A stretch of 64,000 nucleotides of DNA from Chlorokybus atmophyticus (Eukaryota; Plantae; Mesostigma and Chlorokybus algae), in contig RHPI01002069.1 in assembly GCA_009103225.1 (NCBI GenBank), forward strand, positions 2,380,846-2,444,845. Direction: 5' to 3'. The notes beneath the pieces were generated by a model that was not told the origin of the DNA, searched no databases, and worked only from the letters and a program-made list of their open reading frames with translations. Positions 38,033-49,139 of the stretch are shown here, one piece after another (the stretch's first letter is position 1; each line of letters opens with the position of its first letter). Made by a program: the position numbers and the translations under genes.

Positions 38033-39534
38033 ATGTGGCTGCCTTGGGGCTTTATGCTGGTCTACACTGTGTTGCTGGTGTGCTGCTTCCCCGTGGCCTT
38101 CCTACTTGAACCATTGGCCGGCGCCCACTACGACCTCGTCCGGGGCACCGTCGCCGCTGCCGTCGCCAAAGCCCTCGGCGCCTCCATAGCATTCTACTTC
38201 GGCAGGTAACAAAACGCCCATGCGTTTGCAAGCACACCGCGTGTGAATGCCATGCCTGAACACAGCAGAATGTAAGCTTGCAAGCTCGCGACTTTTTTCT
38301 TTTCAACACAAGCTTTTACTTTTTGTTTCTGACTTGTCTGTACATTGCAGTTTTGGCATTCTAGCATACTGCAACATTCGCATTGCAGTTGCACTACACT
38401 TGGATGATGTTGAAAGTTATCATCAGCTGTTCATTGCTGCAATTCAGCAACTACTGCTATGTTCTGAGCTTGCGGACTCTTAGCATGAAGAAACCATAGC
38501 GCAGCGCTTCAACGCCGTGTGAGTCCATGTGTCCATCATAAAAATGAGAGCAACTGCTAATTGTGTGTGAGATATGGGCAGGTCAGTGTGAGTGAAGGTA
38601 TTTGACATGTGGTTTGTAGTGTAGCATACTTTACAATCATGTGTGTTGAACTATACACACAGGTCACTGTTCAAGGAGACTGTGGGGACCAGGATATGCC
38701 GGAGCAGGCGCTACAGGGTGATGCAGGGTGGAGCTTCAGAATGGGGTTGGAAATACGCGCTGCTCGTGCGGTTGACCCGTCACCGCGCATTCATTAACAG
38801 CTACGGGTTGGCCGTGTCTACCATCGCATTCCCCGCATACATCATCCCGACCATGTTGGCCGCCGCGCCGATGTCGTTCCACAACGTGATGTGGGGTTCA
38901 CTGTACACGCACTTGCGGGAGAAGGAGTATGCACGTGATGCGCGAGGGTTTGGGATGTTTGTGGCTATGTTGGCGGCTGTCACGTTTGTCATGTATATGG
39001 TACGTTTCCATGCACGCCGGTTGGAGATGAAACTCGCCAGCTACTTGCGCGCGGATGCACAGACCGCTTCTGAAGAGCGTGAGGTATGCTGAGTTTGTGT
39101 TTAGTGATACCTGTTGCATGCATGCATGGTGTTACTTGTACCAGACCAGGCTGTATGCATGTATGTGAGGTTTACTGTTTACATGGTTATCACGTATGAT
39201 GGTGTGTGAGTGACCAAGATTACACACAATTACGCATCCCAGCATTTTACAGCACCATGCATGCATGATTGCAAAGCTTTGTAGGCATGTGCACACTGTT
39301 GGCAGCTTTTCCGGACAACACAACACCAATGAAACACATGTTGTGTTGCAGGTGCCAAGCGACTCGCATGTGAGCGACACGACGGAGGATTCGGAGGCAC
39401 ATGCATCGCAGCTGAGGCAGACTACTGCTTCTGAAGTGCTGCAAGAGGGTTTGAGCCAGCCCACGCCTTCCACTATGAACACGCGAAAAAGAGTGGCAAT
39501 GACGCAGCTGGAGGTATCCCCAATACGAGCGTAG
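38033..39534 (+). CDS. TVP38/TMEM64 (SNARE-associated Golgi, DedA/VTT domain) membrane protein
   Basis: Exons ~38033-38205 (FPVAFLLEPLAGAHY...LGASIAFYFGR), ~38664-39083 (GWKYALLVRL...NSYGLAVSTIAFPAYIIPTMLAAAP...WGS) and ~39351-39534. An upstream exon near 37700-37870 is possible. Confidence 0.75.
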
Positions 39535-40066
39535 TAATATAGTGAAATTAGTGCTGTGGCATGGTTGGTAACAATATATCATGGATGTCGCTAACCCCTT
39601 GTGTTCAAACTCTGCCTGTTGGTGTGATTGTGTGTGCTCATGTCATCTGCTAGTGTACAAAAGATGGAGTGCTGATAAGACCTGTGCAAGCGAACCTTGG
39701 GTTGTTACCATGTATACATACACAATTGCCAGGGTGGGACAATCAGCTATATGCAGCCTAGCTTGTTGGCTGTACACCTTGTTGGATTAGCTGTACACCT
39801 TGTTGGATTAGCACAACCAGTGTATTTGTCATCATAACCACATGCCAATCTGCACACGAAACAGCAGCCCACGCCTCATTGCGCCTGTGGTTAGCATGAC
39901 GCAGAGGTTGAGTGCATACCAAGTAGCTTGCGCAAGCTCTTTATGTGAAGCTTTTTACCTACAGCCAACATGCTCAGATGTGCGGCAACACTGCTAGTAT
40001 CATTATACAAGTCACAAGTTGACCACTACAGCACAAACTTCAATCTATACGCAGACAAGGCCTGTG

Positions 40067-40844
40067 TCAGCTGACACAACATTGGTCGGCGAGGGCCGGA
40101 TCGGAGGGGCTGCGCATGTGGCCGGAAAGGAAGTACCCCACCGCGAGGCCGAGCACCACCGAAAGGAGCAGGTACGCGTTGAAAGTCATCACTACCAGCA
40201 TTATGAGGTAACTGAACAACACATTGATGGCGTACAAAATTGTGATCACCGCACGCTTGGCGCTTGGCGACTGCGGGAGCTTCCGCCTGCATAAGGTAGT
40301 GAGTAAGTACTCTTTCATGTAAAGAGTGATTAGTGTATGTACAGTGTAACACACATGCTGTGTTTCAAGTTCACCCATGTACTCGTACCAGCAAACGTGA
40401 AACACCAACTACATGCACAGATACACCATGATATTGTGCACTTTTCAACTGCTCGCCTGTGCACGCTTATCTAAGCATCAGTCACACTGTGTTGTTTACT
40501 CACGTGTTAGTGTTTACTCTCTCTCTCTCTCTCTCTCTCTCGTGTAAGAAGAAGAAGAAGTAGCTGACATAAGCTAAATTAATGAACGAAACTTACGCTG
40601 TGACGATGAAGCCCTGCGCCTCGTCGTCATCGGGGGAGGCGACGGGGGAGGCGGCGGCGTTGGCGGGGAGGGCAGCGTAGCGGGTGCGGAGGGTGACGAG
40701 GTACTCGTGGAGGACGCAGAAGAGAGCGACGATGAGGCAGGCCGGCAGGAACTGCTGCCACGTGGACGTGCACCAAGACTCGAACAGGATCGTCGCCTTC
40801 GGGGAGGCATAGAAGGACATCTGCATCATTATCATACCCCCCAT
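40067..40844 (-). CDS. COPT: Ctr/COPT high-affinity copper transporter
   Basis: Exons 40844-40597 and 40286-40067; Met-rich N-terminus MGGMIMMQMSF, ILFESW, MxxxM (MLVVM-TFN), GxxxG (GLAVG), C-terminal CC. Confidence 0.93.
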
Positions 40845-42457
40845 TTTTGTTATCGTCGAAGTCGTCGCTCACGGCGTTATTGCCATCACCGCGGCCACCG
40901 CCGCCGCCGGCAACGGCCTGCCGCAGGGCCGTACGGACTACGGTGGCGGCCGTGGTCGTACGCATGCAAGCGTACGGCTATTGCACAGGTTGCGTACGAT
41001 CAACCATGTTCGTGTATCGAGTTGGTACTACCAATTTGCCCAAGAAGCCACCGTACCATATAACTTACACATGCATTTATACGGCAAGTAAAGACATGAC
41101 TATTGTACCGGTAACTCATTCTGCACTACCGGGGTACCAGCACTGATCTTGCAACCCAAAATGTAATATACTTGGTCAGCCCGATGTTTTACGTAGTACA
41201 GCCCAATGTCTTACGCTTTTTATTACACAGGACTTTTGATTAAAACTCATGCTCTTCTCTGATACCCTTGACAGTCTGCAAAAGGTAAAACAAACCACAG
41301 GGACATCATATACATACAGAATGCGGAATGTAAGTGCAAGTGACTGATGTCGATGTGTAATGTTATTTAACCGATGCATATCAGTTATTATAAAATGCTA
41401 TTAATGTTATATCAATATCATCGAATGCCGGCGAATATTGCTACATCTTCTCTGCAAGTGCGCAAATCACAAATTATCGTACACAACACATATGTGTTTA
41501 ACGCATTGCAACTAGTGGCGAGACGACCACTTTGTATATGTAATTATCAATGAACCATAAGTTATGGTTGTGGTAACGGTTTTCAGTGGTAGATGATGTC
41601 ACTTGTAGCACTGTTGACATAAAAATGATATTACCATTTTATGATACATGAAGTTTAAGCTAATGTACTTGATCTGATTATCTGATGTGCGCGCCGTCAT
41701 ACATTGATGTTTAACACTTATGCAACAAGACAGTTGTTTGCTAAAACACCACTATCATGGACGTGTCCATTTCACTTTGTTGACTTTATGCGAACTGCCT
41801 GACCTGCATATGCTAACATGCATCTCTTGTCTCAAATGCATGCTGCCGAACTTGCTGCTGGTGCTCGCAACCGGCTGCCTATGCTGACTCTACGCTGCCT
41901 ACCTAACAAGGCTAACACATTGCACGTGCTGCCAACTAACTGCATGCAGCACATGCTACATTCCCCCCCACCCACGCGCGCAATCCAAAGTTTAGACCGA
42001 AGACTTCGGAGGCCACAGTCAGACTTGCCCTTTTGGGCAAGGCTCCAATTGTGGCGCTGCTATTTCAGGTGGGGCGCTGCGTTTGCTCTAATACTGCTGG
42101 TTTTGCCTTGCCTTTGTAGATACCCAGCATCGCGCCATTGCTGCTCATATCATATGAGCATGATGCTTGTTTGCTTGCTGCCATTAATAACCAACCGGTG
42201 ATGTACACAGCAGATGCAAGGCGGGTTTCATGCATGCAAGGCACACTGCATTCATCACACACATGCAGTCAGTACATCACCACCAACACAGCACTGCGAA
42301 AAGGGAGTGCGACGTGTTATGCGCATGCATGCTGCGCGCCAATGGGAAACGACGCAGCCACAGCAAGGTGTATGACGCAGTTGTGGGCGGAGGAGGAGGG
42401 GGAGTTCGTTGGGTTCGCTGCTGCTGCTGCTGCCTCGGCAAAGACTGGGCCGCTAAC

Positions 42458-42663
42458 CAACGGCCGTTATGCAGGTGAACGCATATGCATGTGCATGCTT
42501 ACATGGCTAACGGGGTGGTAGGGGTAGTGTAGCGTGTGAGGTAGTGAATGAACCCGGTGGTCAACCTGACAATGGTGTTGTAGGTATGCGCTATGTCACT
42601 CTGCATGCTGCTGACTGTGCATGCCACTATGTGTGTGCATTGCCGTCTCGCATTGTGTGTACA
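42458..42663 (+). repeat. 206-bp dispersed repeat, copy 1
   Basis: About 90% identical by eye to 59789-59994. Confidence 0.85.
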
Positions 42664-43694
42664 GTTTCACATACGACACCACCGGGCTACATGTTGACCT
42701 ACTGCTAGCCGCTAAGTATGACACTAATTATTCACCTACCCCTTTGGACATGCATGCATGGTAAGTCGCAACGGTTATTACCTGCACGCATGTGTATCCT
42801 GTTGAGCTGCAAACCCTACCAACACCACTGCTTGCTTGCTTGATTGCATGCGGTGATGTGAAATGTAGTATGCTTTAGTCACATAACTTTTATTGCACAT
42901 GCAACTCTTAGAATGCCACCCACATTGTGTTTGCAATACCGTCACACGCATGATGTCCACAAATTGTATTTCAAAAGTCACAAAAACAATTTGCCACATT
43001 ATGATGTTAACAACATATAATGTGGTATAATCCATTATGATCACTATGCAACATGTTACAACTTTCGTATATCAAACAATTATAATAGCCGTATATACAC
43101 TGATAAGCCAACTTGTTTATCATAATAAAGTATTTGCACATAATTGTAACATATAAGTGGCAAGGCTGCATATATGCTATATTCTCCTACCTATGGCAGC
43201 AACTTTTGCTGCCGTAGCCTAGCAGTTAAGGCGCCAATGTTACAACAATGATAAACAGCATGATTAAGATGATAATGCATTGCGCAATGTTAATGCTGAC
43301 ACAACAACATTCATTACATCGCACACTCTAATATAGTGTAATGCATTGTGAAGAGCACCACCACTTGCATCATTGTATACTTGTATATACCTCCTAATCA
43401 AAACGTCCCATACCTCATGGCATGGGCAGCTCGAATTGCACAACTATATAGGGGTAAACGTGTACAATAACCTCTCAAGTACATGTTAAGTAACATGTGA
43501 GCCACATTTAAGAAATGCAATTCATAACCACTTGTTAAAACAGCAATCTTCTCACACATAATTATCCAATCAACTGGTCTATTTTGCTCTGTAAGATGTC
43601 TGATAATGTATCTAGTATTATAGCCATTATCATTATGCTACCAACTTGGGCGTATTGCGTGCAACATGCGTCCCTCTCAATTCACGCTACATGG

Positions 43695-45430
43695 TCACGT
43701 TGCAATTACAAGCGAGGAGTGCCGCGACAGCCTATTCAACACCGGGTGGGCGTGGAGGCTTGCAAACCATTCGGGATACTTGAATTGAGGATACTTGATG
43801 ACGAACCACAATGTAGAAGCGATGGACTCCAGCGTCAGGAAGATGGAAGCAACAGCAAAGAACATTGCAATTATGTCCAGCACAACTCGGAAACCAAAGG
43901 GCCTGCACCAAAACCAGTAAGTGGAAGTCTCATGGTGTGTCCGAGGCGCACAGGCATAGGCAACAACAAAGACACGCAAGCGCGCACGCACGCGCACACA
44001 TGTCACGCACGCGCACACATGTCACGCACGCGCACAGTTGCAATGCGGACTTACATGTATTTGGCGTCAAAGGCATGAGGCAGCACACTGCCTGCTATTG
44101 ATAGCAGACAAGAGGATATGGCCAGCCTGGGCAGCGCTCCCCATGCGCGCTGATGGACAAAGCAACCCATACAGGAGGAGCAGAAGGCCAGCACGAGGTA
44201 GTTGCCTTGGTGGTTGTAAACCTCCTGCGTGTTGCGTGTTGTTAACGGATGCTTTCAGTAAGGAGCGCATTATCAGTCATCTGCAAAGACATGTGTCATG
44301 CATATACACAGGCAAGCACGCACGCATGAGCAGAAGGCTCCTACCTTAACAAGGTCCGAGTTGGTCTGCCCTCCACTCATTCGGAATGCGCGGTCAAGCT
44401 CAATGACATCATAAAGGTAACTTCCATAAGGGAACTTCATCAACGTGTCAGCTTCATGCCACGCTGCCGGTGAAACCCACACGCTGCACACGGTGCACTG
44501 CGCGCACGCAAACAAGCTTTTGAACACGCAGGCTTGATGGTTGTGGCATGGCCGTGTGCGCAGACTTGCATGGGATGAAATACACACCCTGTGGTTGGCT
44601 GCGTGGCCAGTAAAAGGACACTGCTGTGGGCCGTCGTTCTCGGGTGGAACTGGCTTGACCGCACGCGCCCATGGACGGGTCCGGAAAGCACTCTCTAGCG
44701 GCCACCATGCAATGACTGCAAACCTGTTTTGCAACATAATCAGTCAGCAGCTGTCCGTGCCAAGGACGACAAGGATGCATGGCCACTGAACATGTTGTCT
44801 GGTTACTTTGCGTGTGCGTGCGGGCGCCTGTATTTGTATGTGTGCGCGTCCGTGCGCAATGTGCGTATGTGTGTGTGTGTGTCTACGGGTGTGTGTTGAG
44901 GCCGCAGAAGCAACCCACAGCATGTTATTGCTTACAACATGCCCGCCGTGGTGGCGCTGAGGATCAGCGCAAGGTAGAAAGCCGGGTGTCCTGCATACAT
45001 GAGAGCCACAGTTATGTCAATGTGGCTCAGCCAGGCAACCATTGCTTCTGTACAATGCATAACACAGAGCAAGCATAATCGTCTCCCTTTTACGTATCAT
45101 CTACCTAACAGTGTTCTGTCCACAAGTTACATTGGCCATGCACATAGGTTTGTGCGTTCAACACAAATTAGCAGCGCCAGCTGCAGCAGTGGCAGCTACA
45201 GTAGCGGCAGCACGCACGCACACACACATGCAGGCACGCACTCGCACGCACGCACGCACCCAACCACACAGCGCACTGCACAAATGCTGCTTACGTCTAA
45301 GAGAGAAGGGGCGGCGGTCGCTGAGGTTGGTCGCCAGCGTGACAAGCAAGGTGCAGGCGACAAGAGCGGCTGTGCGCCATCGCAGCGCCCGCACGACAGC
45401 AATAGGGCTGATCAGCACCTGGCCCAGCAT
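43695..45430 (-). CDS. Hypothetical multi-pass membrane protein
   Basis: Spliceable exons: MLGQVLISPIAVVRALRWRTAALVACTLLVTLATNL...; RHPAFYLALILSATTAGM; FAVIAWWPLESAF...; VWVSPAAWHEADTLMKFPYGSYLYDVIELDRAF...; EVYNHQGNYLVLAFCSS...; PFGFRVVLDIIAMFFAVASIFLTLES...IAT*. Family not recognised. Confidence 0.65.
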
Positions 45431-45813
45431 GTCTCCTGCTTCCTCCTCCTAGTCGCCCACCTCCTCCTCGTCCTCCTCGTCCTTCAAAAGCTGGCACACT
45501 CAGCCTAGTGCTGAGCAGATCACCACCCACCCCACCCTCACCATCAAGAACTACATTCACCGTGATGGCTCCGTCCTGCAGCCGGATTTGGCTCAGACGC
45601 CGCTTGGCGCCCGGCGCATGCCCGACCATGCCCATGGCCTGGCCTGGCCCCGCCTAAGCTTGGCCTGGAGCTCAGCGTCGCTCCGGTGCTCGCCACTCGG
45701 CTCTGGTCGCAGCCAGCTCTCAGAAGCCGATCTGGATCTGTGCGAGCGGAGCGGCGGAGCGTGTCGGATCGATTCCGATCCAGGCAACTTTGGAGCCTCT
45801 GGGATTGCGCAGC

Positions 45814-45862
45814 GCACTTGCTTTTCACGAAGCGCAATTTGCGCTTCGTGAAAAGCAAGTGC
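45814..45862. other. Perfect 49-bp palindrome
   Basis: GCACTTGCTTTTCACGAAGCGCAA-T-TTGCGCTTCGTGAAAAGCAAGTGC. Confidence 0.97.
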
Positions 45863-46605
45863 CACGGTGACTCCACACATGATCGATGCATCTCATGCTT
45901 TAACATGAAATGTTTCTTTTTATGCCTTGACTTCGGGTTTTCAGCAATCCTTCGACTTCGCATGCAATAGAAAGGTACTGTTGACATATTATTGAACCGC
46001 ATGTGTGGTATGAATATTGAATTATAAATGTTAACAATGCGAGTAATGATACATGCATATGGTATGAACTGTACATGCGATATGAGGCCAGATTGATGCA
46101 TGCATCTGTAACACTAGCGCCTCAATCACTAAGCCATGGCAGCAAAAGTCGCTGCCATATGTGGAGTCAAACACCTTTTACGTGTTCTATAACCACATGT
46201 GACTGATATTGTCTATGTGTCGTTTACAATTGTTGCAACACTTTAATATACAATAATCGCAACATTGGTGTCTTCATATCAGATATACCAATTATTATTA
46301 TTTGTAAGTCATCAATTGGTTGGGCATGGTACGATTGTAGTTGTAGTTAACTTAAAGCTTTGCATTAAACAACGAACATACATCTCATATCACATAAGTT
46401 GTATATTCTGTGACATTGCATACGGTACATAGGGTAGCACGGTGTGTAGCGTATGCAATGATGTAAGCAATACTAGTATCGCTCGTGGCTATAATGCACT
46501 TTGACGTTGATACCTTTACATACATGCTTATACCACAACATGATACTTGCCCATACCCATACCATATGCTTCAACATGTATTGCTATATAAGAAGTGTTT
46601 ACAAA

Positions 46606-46663
46606 AAGCACAGTAATGTTGCGATTTTTGTGGTACCAAGAGAGTAGCAACATTACTGTGCTT
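46606..46663. other. Hairpin with a perfect 17-bp stem
   Basis: AAGCACAGTAATGTTGC...GCAACATTACTGTGCTT with a partly pairing 24-nt interior. Confidence 0.9.
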
Positions 46664-47423
46664 ATGAGAGCGGCGTTGTTGGTTGACATGCTTACGACGG
46701 ATGTGTGCAAATTGTACACCTACCCTTCCCGTCTCTTTGCTTGCATCCACTGCTGCATTTGCACGCGCCCGCATATCCTTGGTGTAGTGGTGGGCTAGCT
46801 GGGTTATGAGCTTGGTAACTACACCCTCCGGCCAAATTTGTAAGTGTTACTTCTCTTGCTGCGCATAGCCTGTTGTGCGGTGTCTATTGCTTCTTTCTTT
46901 TGCATCATCTGTCATACCGTATGCTTACAGTACTTTGTGCAATCAAATCACCCTACAGCTCCTTGTCGCTGGTGCATAGACATGGTAAATTGACTCAACA
47001 GATTGCACGTGACCATTCTTTACCGATCAAGTCATTGTACACACAGACTTCTTGCTTGCAGTGACCATAGCGTTTAATAGAAGCTGCCAATCTGGACCGC
47101 ATTGCATTGTGTTTACATGTTAACCGGCTGTACCTTCTGGTAAGGGTACAGCCGGCTAACAAGCGCTGGCAATCAAGATTGTAATCTTGCCCACACTTTC
47201 CGCTGTTGAAGATCAAACAGTACCTTATACGACTGCATGCACTTCTCGCTGCCTGCATTGACGCCCACGTGGGCACTTCACATGTTGACTTCAGGTTGGG
47301 GAACTGAACATGCACCACATGTTCCTGGGTTGTGCAACATGACCAAGCCGGCTGTCGTCTCTCTCAAGCATGCTGATAGAATTGCGGTAGAATGGGATAC
47401 AAGAGAGTGTGTATCAAAGATTG

Positions 47424-48917
47424 TCACGAACTCACTGCAAGGTCCGGGCAATGAGCTGGTTTGCCTGTTATGAGTCCCGGATGTGTCCCTAGCCCAAGTG
47501 AAGCGTCAATGACGGCTCCGCGCAGGACCCGGCCAGTTGGAGAACACAAGGTCAGCACCAACTGCGCTATCTCTTGAGCAGCAATCATGCGTCCACCTGG
47601 CAACGATGCTGAAAACGCATTTACCTCCTCTTCAGTCATGCTGTTCAGCGTGGAGTCCTGACGGACAATTGGTTGGTACACAGCGCAATACCAGGGCAAC
47701 ATGTAAACACTTTGCCACAATAGCTGTGCCAACTGACCTGGAACATTGGCGTTTCAACAGCACCTGGACAAACAGTGAATACATCAACGTTCTCCTGCGA
47801 CAAACTTGCCTGCACATGCTTGCCAGGATTAGGATGTGTTGACGCGACAAATGCGTCAATAGCAGTTTGACCAACTTGTGTACCTGCAAATGCCTGCCCA
47901 AGTACGCGATTGCAGCTTTGCTCATACCATCAGCGATCCGAAAGCCTGGGAAATGCGTGATGCCACCGCCGACGGAGCTGATGAACACAATCTGCTCGCA
48001 AGATTGACAGCTTGTTTATGGTGTCGAGAGAACAAACCGGTGGCTCACCACAACACCTTACAAAACATGACTGCGGTTTCCGACACCATCGCACGCATGC
48101 TTGGTAGCAGTTTCTTCTGCAACAGCAATGGCCCCAGCGCGTTCGTCGTCAACAGCGCCTCATCCTGTTGTGTTGACAAATTATGCGCTTGATGTTGTTG
48201 CTTCAACACTCTGATGGCAGTTGTGATACCTGTGAGTCTGAGTCCGCAGCAACGTGCCTAACGGTGCCGCTGCCCAGCCCAGCATTGTGAATGACTATCT
48301 GCCGACATAGAAGTTACAGATCAAGTAATGTAGCTCGCATAACAGAATGTTGCCTAACTCACCTCTGGTGTCCCAGGCAGGGCGGCAACCAGCCGTGTGA
48401 TGCTTTCTTTGCTGCTCTGGTCAAGTTCAAACGCCTGCAGCTGCTTATCCAAAGCAAGACAAGAGACTTGGAGCAGTGGAAAAGCGTGCATGCAACAAGT
48501 GTTGTTGAAACCTAGCTTCAGGCATGCTACTGCAAAGCCTGTAGGACAGTGCACGGATCAGCGCTGACTTACTGGTGCATTGTTGCTGCTGCTTAGCAGC
48601 TTCGCCTTCAACTCGTCTGCACGCTGCGCACCGCTCCTGTACGTGAACCAAACTTCGTCTCCCGCCCTATTTCACAGCCTCCATCAGCACAACCACACTC
48701 AATGCAAATGCGAACGCTGATTGTGCACTGAGGTTGCAAGCAGCATGCATGTTGCCCTCTCCGAATTAGGCATGGACTGAAAGAAGCCAGCCAAGCTTAC
48801 TCACTCGTGGAAGGCTGCCACCAGCGCCGCCCCTATACCGCTGGACCCTCCCGTCACCAGCACACGCCTGCTTCGCCTCGCAGGAAGCTCCGCCCCCGCC
48901 GCCGCTGCTGCCGCCAT
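47424..48917 (-). CDS. Short-chain dehydrogenase/reductase with atypical active site
   Basis: Exons give VLVTGGSSGIG, VWFTYRS, LQAFELDQSS, IHNAGLGSGTV, TNALGP, FISSVGGG...IADGMSKAA, VCPGAVETPMF, LPGGRMIAAQEIA, GAVIDASLGLG. Confidence 0.92.
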
Positions 48918-49139
48918 GCTCAGCACAATGCATGCTTGTCGCTTGGTGTGAACGTCATTTGCTCGCGCAACAACTATGAGGCTAACGTTAGATGCTGCCG
49001 TGGCACTGACCTGCCACATCAGCACCAGAGCTTACGCTCATCCTGCGAACGCACGTGTGTATGGAGTGTAGGCTATATCAGCTGCTTTGACAAGCGAAAG
49101 CAGGCAGTTTGTTGGGCTCGCACTGCTGCTGACGTGGGA

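Noticed and set aside
39770-39811. 21-bp tandem duplication
   Set aside because: Ordinary slippage duplication in a 3' intergenic region.
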